Assembly (NCBI GenBank): GCA_003566335.1
Contig: PXDR01000259.1
Span: 1-29,176, forward strand
Origin: Cyanobacteria bacterium T3Sed10_344R1
Lineage (GTDB): Bacteria; Cyanobacteriota; Cyanobacteriia; Phormidesmidales; Phormidesmidaceae
DNA length: 29,176 nt
Reading direction: 5' to 3'
A program made the translations under genes and the position numbers. The notes beneath the pieces are model-generated. The model was not told the origin of the DNA. It was given only the letters and a program-made list of their open reading frames with translations, and made no database searches. Position 1 is the first letter of the stretch, and the number at the start of each line of letters is the position of its first letter. Positions 8,105 through 17,115 of this stretch are shown here, in pieces.

Positions 8105-8304
8105 TCCTTTGCTCTATAGTACTGTTGCACTATACCCTTTCTTCTTTTCTCTCTTCTTTGGCGCGTAGCGCCTCAATTTTTTTTGGCATTTTTGGGGTTG
8201 TCTCAGCCAGCGTCAGTGTCAACAATATACATATTTGGTAGACAGCCCAGGGGCAATAATCTATATTTAGCGTTCAAGCGGCCATCTCCTCTCTCACCAT
8301 CACC

Positions 8305-8694
8305 ATGCCCCAATGGAAACTCTCAACCGAATTCACCTTTGACGCCGCCCACTCCATCCGCGACTACGATGGCCCCTGCGGGCGCATGCACGGTCACACC
8401 TACCGAGTCCGGATTGAGGCAACATCTAGCAAACTCCACTCCTCCCAGTACTGCCCCCACCCGGTCATGGTGGCCGACTTCCGCACCCTACGCTGGGCTA
8501 AACGCGACATGCTAAAAGGAGGGCTTGACCACTGCGTGCTCAACGACGTGCTGCCCGAAGGCTACGAAACCACCGCCGAGATGATCGCCCAGTACATCTA
8601 CGACAAAACCAAAACAGACCTGCCAGAAGGGGTGAAGCTCAAGGTTTGCGTCTCCGAGACACCCAACTCCTGGGCCGAGTATGAAGGCGACTGA
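8305..8694 (+). CDS. queD: 6-carboxytetrahydropterin synthase
   Basis: FTFDAAH, CGRMHGHTY, LDHCVLND, TTAEMIA, VSET; first gene of a queD-E-C run. Confidence 0.92.
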   Translation: MPQWKLSTEFTFDAAHSIRDYDGPCGRMHGHTYRVRIEATSSKLHSSQYCPHPVMVADFRTLRWAKRDMLKGGLDHCVLNDVLPEGYETTAEMIAQYIYDKTKTDLPEGVKLKVCVSETPNSWAEYEGD

Positions 8695-9343
8695 GATGAG
8701 CGTCCCGGCCACGACCTCTCTGATCGCTGAGTTGCCACCAGCGCTGGCCCAAACTTTGCCGATAGTGGAAATGTTCCATTCCATTCAGGGAGAAGGTGCC
8801 TGGGCCGGCACCAATGCCTTCTTCATTCGGTTAGGGGGCTGCGATGTCGGCTGTCCCTGGTGCGACACCAAACAGTCCTGGAGCCCGAAGCGCCACCCCC
8901 AGCGGGAGGTAGGCGAACTGGTCACCGCCGCCAAAGCCGCAAACCCTCAGATTGTAGTCATTACCGGCGGCGAGCCGCTGATGCATGACCTGACGGTGCT
9001 CACCCAGCAACTCAAAGCGGCTGACCTCCAGGTTCACCTGGAAACTTCCGGTGCCCACCCCTTCAGCGGCAGCTTCGACTGGGTCACCTTTTCCCCCAAA
9101 CGGTTCAAGCCCCCCCACCCCAGCATCTACCCCCAAGCCAGCGAACTCAAGGTCGTCGTCGCCGACGAGACTGACCTGGCCTGGGCCGAGCAGCAGGCGG
9201 CCCAACTGTCCCCAACCGTGGACAAACGACTCCAGCCCGAGTGGGAAACGCCGGGGAGTCAGCAGATTGCGTTCAACTTCGTCTTGAAGAATCCAGGGTG
9301 GCGCGTTAGCCTGCAAACGCATAAGTTCTTGGGAGTCCAATAG
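8681..9343 (+). CDS. queE: 7-carboxy-7-deazaguanine synthase (radical SAM); alternative start at 8696
   Basis: [26 protein letters not shown] (CxxxCxxC), [23 protein letters not shown]. Confidence 0.95.
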   Translation: MKATEMSVPATTSLIAELPPALAQTLPIVEMFHSIQGEGAWAGTNAFFIRLGGCDVGCPWCDTKQSWSPKRHPQREVGELVTAAKAANPQIVVITGGEPLMHDLTVLTQQLKAADLQVHLETSGAHPFSGSFDWVTFSPKRFKPPHPSIYPQASELKVVVADETDLAWAEQQAAQLSPTVDKRLQPEWETPGSQQIAFNFVLKNPGWRVSLQTHKFLGVQ

Positions 9344-9345
9344 CC

Positions 9346-10068
9346 ATGCCCCAGCCCAAAGCGATTGTTCTGTTGTCGGGGGGGCTAGACTCAGCCACCG
9401 CCGCGGCCCAGGCCATGGCCGACGGCTACGCCCCCATCGCCCTCTCCTTCCGCTATGGCCAGCGCCACGAGCGGGTGCTGGAGGCGGCTCGCCACGTCGC
9501 CGCCCACCTGGGCATTGCCGCCCACCACATCATGGACGTGAACCTTGCCCAGTGGGGCGGATCTTCCCTCACCGACCTGAACGAGACCCTGCCCCAGGAC
9601 GGGGTACAGACCGGGGCGATTCCCTCCACCTACGTGCCAGGGCGCAACACCGTGTTCATTGCCATTGCCCTCTCCCTGGCCGAGGCCAAAGGGGCCGAGG
9701 CCATCTACCTGGGCATCAATGCTGTGGACTATTCGGGCTACCCCGACTGTCGGCCCGAGTATTTGGCGGCCTTTCAACAGCTGGCCCAGCTCTCCTCCAA
9801 GGCCGGGCTAGAGGGCAAAGCCCCTGAGCTAGTGGCCCCCCTAGTAATGGACTCTAAGGTCGATATCGTCCACCGTGCCCTCGGCCTGGGGGTACCCATC
9901 GAAAAAACCTGGTCTTGCTATGAGGGGGACGAGGAACCCTGCGGACGCTGTGATTCTTGCCGAATTCGCGACAAAGCCCTGATTGACGCCGGACGTCCCG
10001 ATCTGGCAACGTTGGTAGGCCGAAGACTATACGCCCAGGAGACCGAATGCCCAACCCCCGTGTCTTAG
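9346..10068 (+). CDS. queC: 7-cyano-7-deazaguanine (preQ0) synthase
   Basis: [41 protein letters not shown]. Confidence 0.96.
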   Translation: MPQPKAIVLLSGGLDSATAAAQAMADGYAPIALSFRYGQRHERVLEAARHVAAHLGIAAHHIMDVNLAQWGGSSLTDLNETLPQDGVQTGAIPSTYVPGRNTVFIAIALSLAEAKGAEAIYLGINAVDYSGYPDCRPEYLAAFQQLAQLSSKAGLEGKAPELVAPLVMDSKVDIVHRALGLGVPIEKTWSCYEGDEEPCGRCDSCRIRDKALIDAGRPDLATLVGRRLYAQETECPTPVS

Positions 10069-12140
10069 TCATTACATCCTGCACTGGGGAGAAGCGCTGC
10101 AAGCCAGAAAACCAGCTCAGACTCGACGATTTTCGAGACCCAAGTCGGCTGCGCGATCGCCAATCTGAACTGGCCGAGTACGCCTGTCAAGCCGGTGAAA
10201 TATATACGGGTATGCAGCATCTACGGCTGATGGAGGGTGTCCAGGCGTTGCGGGAAGCTTTGGGAGTCGATGCATTGGAGGTCGAAATCCTCTCCGCTGG
10301 GTATGGGCTCATTCCAGAGCACCAGAAGATCGTCCCCTACGAGGTCACATTCAATGGGATGAAGAGCCAGGAGGTGGATGAGTGGGCACAACATTTGGGC
10401 GTCCAAGACGCGGTTGAGCAGCGACTGGAGTCGGCAGACCTGGTCTTTTTTTTGTTGGGTGATAACTATTTGCGATCGCTCCAACTGCCCATCCAAACCC
10501 GACCCGACCAAACCCTGGTTTTCCTGGCCTCCGGAGGTTCTGCCAAGAAGCTGCCCGACCTGGCCGCCAAGACGTTTGTGCTGCCCCTCTCCAACCAGGA
10601 GGCAAAGCGTTACCGATACGGTTTGGTAGGGCTGAAAGGCTTTCTCTTCAAGCAGTTTGCCGAAGCTGTGGTAGTTAAACCTGAATTACTGAATCAGGTC
10701 AAAACTAATCCAGAGATCTTTCAGCAGATTATCGACGGCGAAGTTGATCAGCCCTCTGAGCAGTTGGCTTTAACTTCTCTGCTAGACCAGGTACCCACTA
10801 CTCCTAAAGCCTCAAACACTAGCCAGAAGACAACAACTGGTCGGTCTAGCAAAGACGAATTCTTGCCCATTCCCGATGTGCCACCGGCAGCTAATATCCA
10901 CCTGGGAATGCAGTACTACATTCCAGAATGGGATGACCACGTAGACCCCAACTACGACTTCCTAAACGATCGCCTCACCCCAGGGCGTGATCCCCACCAC
11001 GATGAGGTCTATGCCCACCAGATCTACGACGCCCCCAACTACGACGGCATTCTGGTGTCGAAGGTGGTGGTGGACAGCAGCAAGAAAAAGCGAGCACGGG
11101 TCGAGGCAGTTGGCATCCACGACTTCATCCGATATCAGGGGCCGGTCATGGGTGACTGTGGAGCCTTTGGCTACGTCAAAGAGGAAGAGCCTCCTTACAA
11201 TACGGTCGAAATTCTGGACTACTACCAGAACCTTGGCTTTGACTATGGCGTTAGCATCGACCACCTAATCGTCGGTCCTTTTGCTGTACCTGGTATTCGA
11301 GAAAAGCGGTACGAGCTGACTATGAAGAACGCCCAGGAGTTCTTCGAGAAGCATCAGGCTGGGGACTACACGTTCACTCCCATAGGGGTCGCCCAGGGTT
11401 GGAACCCTGAAACCTATGCTGAATCGGTAAAAGAGAACATTCGCGTGGGGTACGACTACATTGCCCTGGGGGGGCTGGCCCGAGCCCAGAGCCGAGAAAT
11501 TGTGGAGATTATGCAGGAGGTGCGGCCCCACCTCACCCCCAACATTCGACTCCACCTGTTTGGGGTGGCTCGGATCAACGCGATTCCGGTATTTCGGCAT
11601 CTGGGCATTACTAGCTTCGACTCGGCCAGTCCCCTGCGGCGAGCCTGGTTGGGTTCTGGGGCAAACTACCACACTGTTTCCAGCAAGATGTATACGGCAG
11701 TGCGGATTCCGCCCGTGGATGGCCATGGGGTGCGGGTGAAGCGGTTGATCGAGGCGGGGGTGGCTGAACGGGACACGTTGAAAGGCCTAGAGCAGAAAGC
11801 GTTGAAGGCGCTGCGGGCCTTTGACCAGGGGGAGTTGGGCCTGGAAGAGGCCCTAGAGTCGTTGCTAGCCTACGACGAACTGCTGGAGCTGCCCAAGGAT
11901 GGCAAGGCTGACCCGGTGGAGCAGGCCAAGCGGCGAGTGAAGCATGAGCGCATGTATCGGGATTTGCTGCGCGATCGCCCCTGGCAGCAGTGCAACTGCG
12001 TGATCTGCCAGGAGGTCGGGGTCGAGGTGGTGATCTTTCGGGGGAACGATCGCAACCGGCGGCGGGGGTTCCACAATACCCGAGCCTTTTATCTGCGGTT
12101 TCAGGAATTGCTGGCGAAGCTGAAGGAAGAGGACACTTAG
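10047..12140 (+). CDS. dpdA: DpdA-type DNA 7-deazaguanine transglycosylase with an N-terminal DUF6884/YaaA-like domain
   Basis: TGT part: [83 protein letters not shown], as in bacterial DpdA. N-terminal ~230 aa: [25 protein letters not shown]. Overlaps queC by 22 nt. Confidence 0.85.
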   Translation: MPNPRVLVITSCTGEKRCKPENQLRLDDFRDPSRLRDRQSELAEYACQAGEIYTGMQHLRLMEGVQALREALGVDALEVEILSAGYGLIPEHQKIVPYEVTFNGMKSQEVDEWAQHLGVQDAVEQRLESADLVFFLLGDNYLRSLQLPIQTRPDQTLVFLASGGSAKKLPDLAAKTFVLPLSNQEAKRYRYGLVGLKGFLFKQFAEAVVVKPELLNQVKTNPEIFQQIIDGEVDQPSEQLALTSLLDQVPTTPKASNTSQKTTTGRSSKDEFLPIPDVPPAANIHLGMQYYIPEWDDHVDPNYDFLNDRLTPGRDPHHDEVYAHQIYDAPNYDGILVSKVVVDSSKKKRARVEAVGIHDFIRYQGPVMGDCGAFGYVKEEEPPYNTVEILDYYQNLGFDYGVSIDHLIVGPFAVPGIREKRYELTMKNAQEFFEKHQAGDYTFTPIGVAQGWNPETYAESVKENIRVGYDYIALGGLARAQSREIVEIMQEVRPHLTPNIRLHLFGVARINAIPVFRHLGITSFDSASPLRRAWLGSGANYHTVSSKMYTAVRIPPVDGHGVRVKRLIEAGVAERDTLKGLEQKALKALRAFDQGELGLEEALESLLAYDELLELPKDGKADPVEQAKRRVKHERMYRDLLRDRPWQQCNCVICQEVGVEVVIFRGNDRNRRRGFHNTRAFYLRFQELLAKLKEEDT

Positions 12141-12709
12141 GCGAGCTGGTTGAGGTTCTCGTAGAGATCGGCAATATCGCAGGTTAGGCCAATGCTGCTG
12201 AGTTCGATGGTGTCGCCGCTCCGAAAGACCTGGGGGAGCCACAGGTTGTCAGACTTGCGCTGGAACCGTTCGACCAAAATCTGCTTTTGGTGAACCAGCA
12301 CGTACTCTTCCAAGGTGGGTATAGCTTTGTAGTCGGAGAACTTATCGCCTCGGTCGAAGGCCTCGGTGGAGTCGGAGAGCACCTCGACGATGAGCTTGGG
12401 ATAGAGGATAAAGTCTTCAGCAGAGGCGCGATCGCGCTCATCGCAAGTAACTGCCAAATCCGGGTAGTAGAAGAGGTTAAGGCTGGGCAGGCGCACCTTC
12501 ATATCCACAGCGTAGGCAATGCAGCCGGTGCCCCGCAGATGGCTGACTAGGAGGGCCGAGAGATTGCCCGTGATGATGACATGGGCCTTGCTGGCCCTGG
12601 CCATAGCGACCATCTGCCCCTGTAAATACTCGTGCTTGATGGGGCTGATGCGCTCAAGTTCCAAATAGTCTTCTGGAGTGAAGTAGGCGTGGCTTTTGCT
12701 CAGGATCAT
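12137..12709 (-). CDS. Uma2-family (DUF820) endonuclease-fold protein
   Basis: EDYLELERISPIKHEYLQG, FYYPDLAVTCD, PKLIVEVLSDSTEAFDRGDKF, LEEYVLV. Confidence 0.92.
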   Translation of the reverse strand: MILSKSHAYFTPEDYLELERISPIKHEYLQGQMVAMARASKAHVIITGNLSALLVSHLRGTGCIAYAVDMKVRLPSLNLFYYPDLAVTCDERDRASAEDFILYPKLIVEVLSDSTEAFDRGDKFSDYKAIPTLEEYVLVHQKQILVERFQRKSDNLWLPQVFRSGDTIELSSIGLTCDIADLYENLNQLA

Positions 12710-12728
12710 GGCTCACTCTGCCTTAGGA

Positions 12729-12926
12729 CTACTCTGGCTCATTAATTTTATCGAGGTTGTGCTTCTCAATCAGTCGCTGCTGCTCCGGCTGGGCCAGCCA
12801 AAACTCAAGGGCTTCATTAAACAATTCAGAAATGCTGGTGTCCTTCAGCGCTGCTAACGTCTTCACCAGGGCCGCCTGATCTTCGTCAGCGAACACCCGA
12901 AACTCTGGTTTGCGTTTAGCACCCAT
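12729..12926 (-). CDS. Small ribbon-helix-helix/CopG-like DNA-binding protein
   Basis: Beta strand (PEFRVF) followed by two helices (DQAALVKTLAALKD, SISELFNEALEFWL). Confidence 0.6.
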   Translation of the reverse strand: MGAKRKPEFRVFADEDQAALVKTLAALKDTSISELFNEALEFWLAQPEQQRLIEKHNLDKINEPE

Positions 12927-13008
12927 TGCGACCTTGGCTTGGACTTCACATCTATTGTCCTACGTGGTAAATTAGATTACGGCATTGTGGCATTGTGGCA
13001 GTACAGGC

Positions 13009-13167
13009 ATGATTACTCTGACAACCGACGAAGTGGTTTTACTTAGGTCGCTTCTGACGGCACTTCGGGGCATTAAGGTTCGAGATATCGATCGGGCACT
13101 GGTGATTCTCAGCAAAAATGACAGCGGTAGATCGGCAACCCAAGATTCAGAAGGTGTTGACCCCTAG
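13009..13167 (+). CDS. Small hypothetical protein (52 aa from ATG 13009)
   Basis: Amphipathic helical sequence ITLTTDEVVLLRSLLTALRGIKVRDIDRALVILSK; fills the gap between the RHH and Xre genes. No family recognised. Confidence 0.35.
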   Translation: MITLTTDEVVLLRSLLTALRGIKVRDIDRALVILSKNDSGRSATQDSEGVDP

Positions 13168-13168
13168 G

Positions 13169-13738
13169 CTACGGACTGCCCAGCAGCCGCTCTAAGGCTG
13201 GGAAAAGGAGCTGAAGGGTTTTGCCGTCGATGGATTGGATGCGATCGCACAACCACCGTCGCCGCCCCACCAGATCGGCTGGGGTCGGCGATAGAAAGAG
13301 CGGTTCCGTGTCCAGATCCACCGAGTGCAGCTCAAAAATTTGTCGGAGTTTGGCCTGGTGGGTCTTCTCCGGCACATGCTCCCGTTTCTTCCACTTGGAG
13401 AGGGTGCCCGGCGTAACGCCCAGGGCCTCGGCCAGTTCACCGTTCTCCCCCCGTTGGAGAGTCGAGAGTAGGTACAGCACGTTCTCTTGCCAGAGGTTGA
13501 GCCCACTGTCAGCCAGCAGGTTAGCGAACTGGAGGTCTTCCTCAGGGAGGCCCAGGGCAGTGGCCAGCGATCGCAGCTCCTTCACCGTCGGCTGGCTGCC
13601 CTTCAGGAGTTCGACAGATCTACCGGCATCGGCACCCACCCACTCAGCCACTCGCTCAGCCCAAATCTGCCGGGGCTGCCCTTGTCGCCACATCAAAAAA
13701 CATAGGTTGTGGGCGACAGTGCTCATCGCTAGCAACAA
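13169..13738 (-). CDS. Xre/Cro-like helix-turn-helix regulator, probably with two HTH-like units
   Basis: ELAEALGVTPGTLSKWKK is a typical Xre HTH; PTVKELRSLATALGLPEEDL is a second Xre-like segment; divergent from the helicase operon. Confidence 0.7.
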   Translation of the reverse strand: MLLAMSTVAHNLCFLMWRQGQPRQIWAERVAEWVGADAGRSVELLKGSQPTVKELRSLATALGLPEEDLQFANLLADSGLNLWQENVLYLLSTLQRGENGELAEALGVTPGTLSKWKKREHVPEKTHQAKLRQIFELHSVDLDTEPLFLSPTPADLVGRRRWLCDRIQSIDGKTLQLLFPALERLLGSP

Positions 13739-13823
13739 AATCTCTCAAACTTATTTGATGTTGAAGCTTCTAAACGACAAAAATACTGCATAATTTTTGT
13801 GTTTACCAGCCTACGGTCATCCT

Positions 13824-16181
13824 ATGATAGCCAGTCCTCCCCAATTCAGCGCATCTGCTGTGGCCACCCCGGTCCAGCAGGCAGTCCTGGATCGGGATCT
13901 GCTCAATTCTGGTTTTCACTGCATCCTGCAAATGCCCACGGGCAGCGGCAAAACCTGGCTGGCTGAGCAGGCCATTGGGCACACCCTGGCCCAGGGGAAG
14001 CGGGCCATCTATCTCACCCCCCTACGAGCCCTGGCCGATGAGCTGTGCGATCGCTGGCAGCGGCGCTTTGTGTCCCACCCGGTGGGCGTCTTTACTGGCG
14101 ACTACGCTAGCGGCCAGTATCCCGTCTCCTTCCAAAACGCTCAGCTGCTGGTGATGACGCCAGAAAAGCTGGATGCCTGTACTCGCCATTGGCGATCGCA
14201 CTGGAGTTGGCTCCCCACCGTCGATCTGATTGTGGTAGACGAGTTTCACCTGCTGGGCGACCCCAACCGAGGCCCCCGCCTAGAGGGGGCGCTGCTGCGG
14301 ATGCTGCGCCTCAACCCGTTCCTGCGTATTTTGGGACTCTCGGCTACCCTGGGCAATCGGGTGGAGTTAAGTGACTGGCTGGGAGGGGTAGAGTACGCAT
14401 CGAGCGATCGCCCTATTCCCCTCCAGTGGTCTACGGTCCACTACAAAAAGGCTGACGACAAACCGGCTCTACTGCTGCGGGAGGTGCGGCGTAACCTCGC
14501 CCAGGGCGGCAAAAGCCTTGTCTTTGTGCAGAGTCGTCGCCGAGCGGAGGCCCTGGCCAACCAGCTCCAGGACGCTGGCCTGCGGGTGACCCACCACCAC
14601 GCTGGGTTAGACCACCAATCTCGCCGCCAAGTGGAATCGGACTTTCGCACGGGTCAGCTTGACGTCCTGGTGGCCACCGCCACCCTAGAGATGGGCCTGA
14701 ACTTGCCCGTGCGCCAGGTTATCCTCTACGATCTGCAGGGCTTTGATGGGCAAGACTTTGTGCCGTTGCCGGTCAATAGTGTGTGGCAGCGGGCAGGCCG
14801 AGCCGGTCGCCCGGGCCTGGATAAGTTCGGCGAAGTGGTGCTGATTGCCCCCATCTGGGGACAGGTGGGGCACTACCCCCAAGGCCAATTCGAGCCGCTG
14901 GTGTCTGGGCTGAGTCAGCCTGCGGCTCTGGCCGAACAAATTGTGACCGAGGTGGCCTGCGGCCTGAGCTGTACTGAGGCGCAGCTAGCGGCTAACTTTA
15001 GCCATAGCCTGGCAGCTCGGCAGGGCCGACTGTCCTCCATCCGCCAGCTAGTGGACGAGATGCTGACGGCGGGCATGTTGACCACGGTCGAAGATGGGCG
15101 ACGCATCCTGCTGCGGGGCACTCGGCTGGGCCACGTTGCGGTGCGCCACATGCTGCGGCCCCAGACAGTGCTGCTTTTTCGGCGGGTGTTAGAGCAGTAT
15201 CCCCAGCTCACGTTTCTAGACTTGCTGCTGGTGGCGGCCAGCAGTTCCGACTGCCAGCCTCTGATTCCGGTGGACTTCGAGCAGCTCGACGATCTGGCGG
15301 AGGCTCTCGGTGAAGAACCGTCTGTACTGCTGTCGTTGTCGGAGGTGGGCCTGACACAACTGCTGGGTATTGAGGGCAAACGTCTGCTGGCCGCTATCCA
15401 AACGGCCTTGGTGGGCCGCACCTGGACTCGGACCGGCGATGGGGCGATCGCCGCCGAAACCCACGGCTGCTATGCCTTTGAGGTGCAACGGCTGCGAGAC
15501 TCGTTACAGCGACTGTTGGCTGCCATGGTCGATTTGTGGTCCGTCTCCCAAGAGGGGGAGGTGCCTCCCTCGGAGGGACCGTCGCTGCTGGAGCAGATGC
15601 GGGTACTGGAGAAGATGGTGGCCTGCGGCCTAGATGAGCAGGCCGTGACCCTGACCATGGTGCCCGGACTAGGGGCAAAGCTGGCCCGGCAGCTCAAGGA
15701 AGCTGGTATCCAAGATGTGGAGGATTTGGCCCTGACTGATCCCAGCGACCTACTGGCGGTGCCGGGGGTGGGGCAAAAGCGGGCTGAAAGCTGGTTAGCT
15801 GCCGCTGAGGAGATGGTCGATGGGCACCTTTCGGCGTTTCGCTACCGAGAAGAGGCTTCAGCGAACCGGTTCTGCCCTTCTGACTGGCCCCCCGACGTTG
15901 ACCCATACCGGCTTCGGCGCGCCTTGGACTTAAAGGTAGTCGGACAGGATGGCAATCTGTTCCGCGTTGTGGGGGGGCTTGATCCTCACATCGTGTGGTT
16001 TCGTCAGGGTGGGTTTGTGTGCGACTGCCCCGATTCTAAGCGCCACACCTGTAAGCACATTTTACAGGTGCGGCTGTTTCGGGGAGACGCCCAACTGCGC
16101 CGCCTGGCCCAGGCCTTGTCCGCAGAGAGCAACCCAGACACCCTCGATATCTATAGTCTGTGGTGGAGGGGGAACCGATGA
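13824..16181 (+). CDS. Ski2/Hel308-like SF2 helicase with C-terminal HhH repeats and a SWIM-like zinc finger
   Basis: MPTGSGKT, PLRALA, VDEFH, LSATLG, HHAG, ATATLEMGLNLP, QRAGRAGR; VPGLGAKLARQL / VPGVGQKRA (HhH); CDCPDSKRHTCKH (SWIM-like). ATG 13824 preferred over TTG 13797. Confidence 0.88.
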   Translation: MIASPPQFSASAVATPVQQAVLDRDLLNSGFHCILQMPTGSGKTWLAEQAIGHTLAQGKRAIYLTPLRALADELCDRWQRRFVSHPVGVFTGDYASGQYPVSFQNAQLLVMTPEKLDACTRHWRSHWSWLPTVDLIVVDEFHLLGDPNRGPRLEGALLRMLRLNPFLRILGLSATLGNRVELSDWLGGVEYASSDRPIPLQWSTVHYKKADDKPALLLREVRRNLAQGGKSLVFVQSRRRAEALANQLQDAGLRVTHHHAGLDHQSRRQVESDFRTGQLDVLVATATLEMGLNLPVRQVILYDLQGFDGQDFVPLPVNSVWQRAGRAGRPGLDKFGEVVLIAPIWGQVGHYPQGQFEPLVSGLSQPAALAEQIVTEVACGLSCTEAQLAANFSHSLAARQGRLSSIRQLVDEMLTAGMLTTVEDGRRILLRGTRLGHVAVRHMLRPQTVLLFRRVLEQYPQLTFLDLLLVAASSSDCQPLIPVDFEQLDDLAEALGEEPSVLLSLSEVGLTQLLGIEGKRLLAAIQTALVGRTWTRTGDGAIAAETHGCYAFEVQRLRDSLQRLLAAMVDLWSVSQEGEVPPSEGPSLLEQMRVLEKMVACGLDEQAVTLTMVPGLGAKLARQLKEAGIQDVEDLALTDPSDLLAVPGVGQKRAESWLAAAEEMVDGHLSAFRYREEASANRFCPSDWPPDVDPYRLRRALDLKVVGQDGNLFRVVGGLDPHIVWFRQGGFVCDCPDSKRHTCKHILQVRLFRGDAQLRRLAQALSAESNPDTLDIYSLWWRGNR

Positions 16182-17110
16182 CCCAAACCAGCGTGGGCAC
16201 TCAACGGGGGCGATCGCTCTCAACGGCTCGGGGCAAAATACCTTTTCCGGCGTACCTGCCCGTCACCACCTTTGGCAAAAAGTATCCCCTCGACGACCTC
16301 ATTCGTCCCTACCTGCCTCGGCTAGCGGCGGCGGTTATGGTGAGCTACTACTATGCCCAGCAAATGGAGCCGGAGCAGCGCCCCAACCTGCCGATGTGGG
16401 TAGACTCTGGGGGCTTTGCTGCTCTGTTTGAGGGGGCCAAGATTCTCAAGAAGAGGGACGTTGGACTACTGGAGATCACCAACGGCGATGTGGTTGAGAG
16501 TCTTCACCCCAAGGATATTCTGGCGTTTCAGGAGGCTCATGCCGATGTGGCCCTGACCCTAGACTTTCCCATTCCCCCCAGCCTGGGTCTAAAGGAGAGC
16601 CAGCGGCGGCAGCGGCTAACGATCGCCAACGCGCTCTGGGCCCTGGCCAATCGTCGTCGCCAAGACCTGCGGCTCTACGCCTGCATCCAAGCCTGGGATG
16701 TGGCCTCGGCCCAGGCCTGTGCCGAGGCCTATGCTGGGAAGGGATTTGATGGGGTGGCCCTGGGCGGCCTAGTGCCTAGGGCCAAGGATGCCGACTTGGT
16801 GCTATCTATGGTGCGTGCCGTGCGGGAGGTCGTTGGAGATCTACCGATCCATGTATTGGGCTTAGGTAATCCCAAACTGTTGACACAGATCTACGAGGCC
16901 GGAGCCGACTCGGTAGACAGTAGTTCCTACGTTCAGTACGCCGCCAACGGTCGGCTTTGGTCTAACCCTAATCTGGAGCTGAAGGATCCCTCACCCACGG
17001 ATCGGCTGCACCTGGCTTTGTGTAATCTAGCTCTGGCGACAGGGCGGACACTTCCCCTTTCGGCGGCCCAACTGACCTTTGCTACGCTACGGTCAGCACA
17101 GGGGGGGTAA
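16178..17110 (+). CDS. tRNA-guanine transglycosylase-fold protein (archaeosine-TGT-like catalytic barrel only)
   Basis: VDSGGF, TLDFPIPP, CIQ, VALGGLVP, IHVLGLG, GADSVDSSSYVQYA. ATG 16178 overlaps the helicase TGA (ATGA), with a GGAGG upstream. Confidence 0.85.
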   Translation: MTQTSVGTQRGRSLSTARGKIPFPAYLPVTTFGKKYPLDDLIRPYLPRLAAAVMVSYYYAQQMEPEQRPNLPMWVDSGGFAALFEGAKILKKRDVGLLEITNGDVVESLHPKDILAFQEAHADVALTLDFPIPPSLGLKESQRRQRLTIANALWALANRRRQDLRLYACIQAWDVASAQACAEAYAGKGFDGVALGGLVPRAKDADLVLSMVRAVREVVGDLPIHVLGLGNPKLLTQIYEAGADSVDSSSYVQYAANGRLWSNPNLELKDPSPTDRLHLALCNLALATGRTLPLSAAQLTFATLRSAQGG

Positions 17111-17115
17111 AGGCT

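Noticed and set aside
10761-10775. QLALT in the DpdA linker as a beta-clamp-binding motif
   Set aside because: Only a partial match to QL[S/D]LF; the terminal aromatic residue is missing.
10047-17110. Calling either TGT-fold gene the housekeeping tRNA-guanine transglycosylase (tgt)
   Set aside because: The first carries DpdA-specific motifs; the second lacks the zinc site and sits in a helicase operon.
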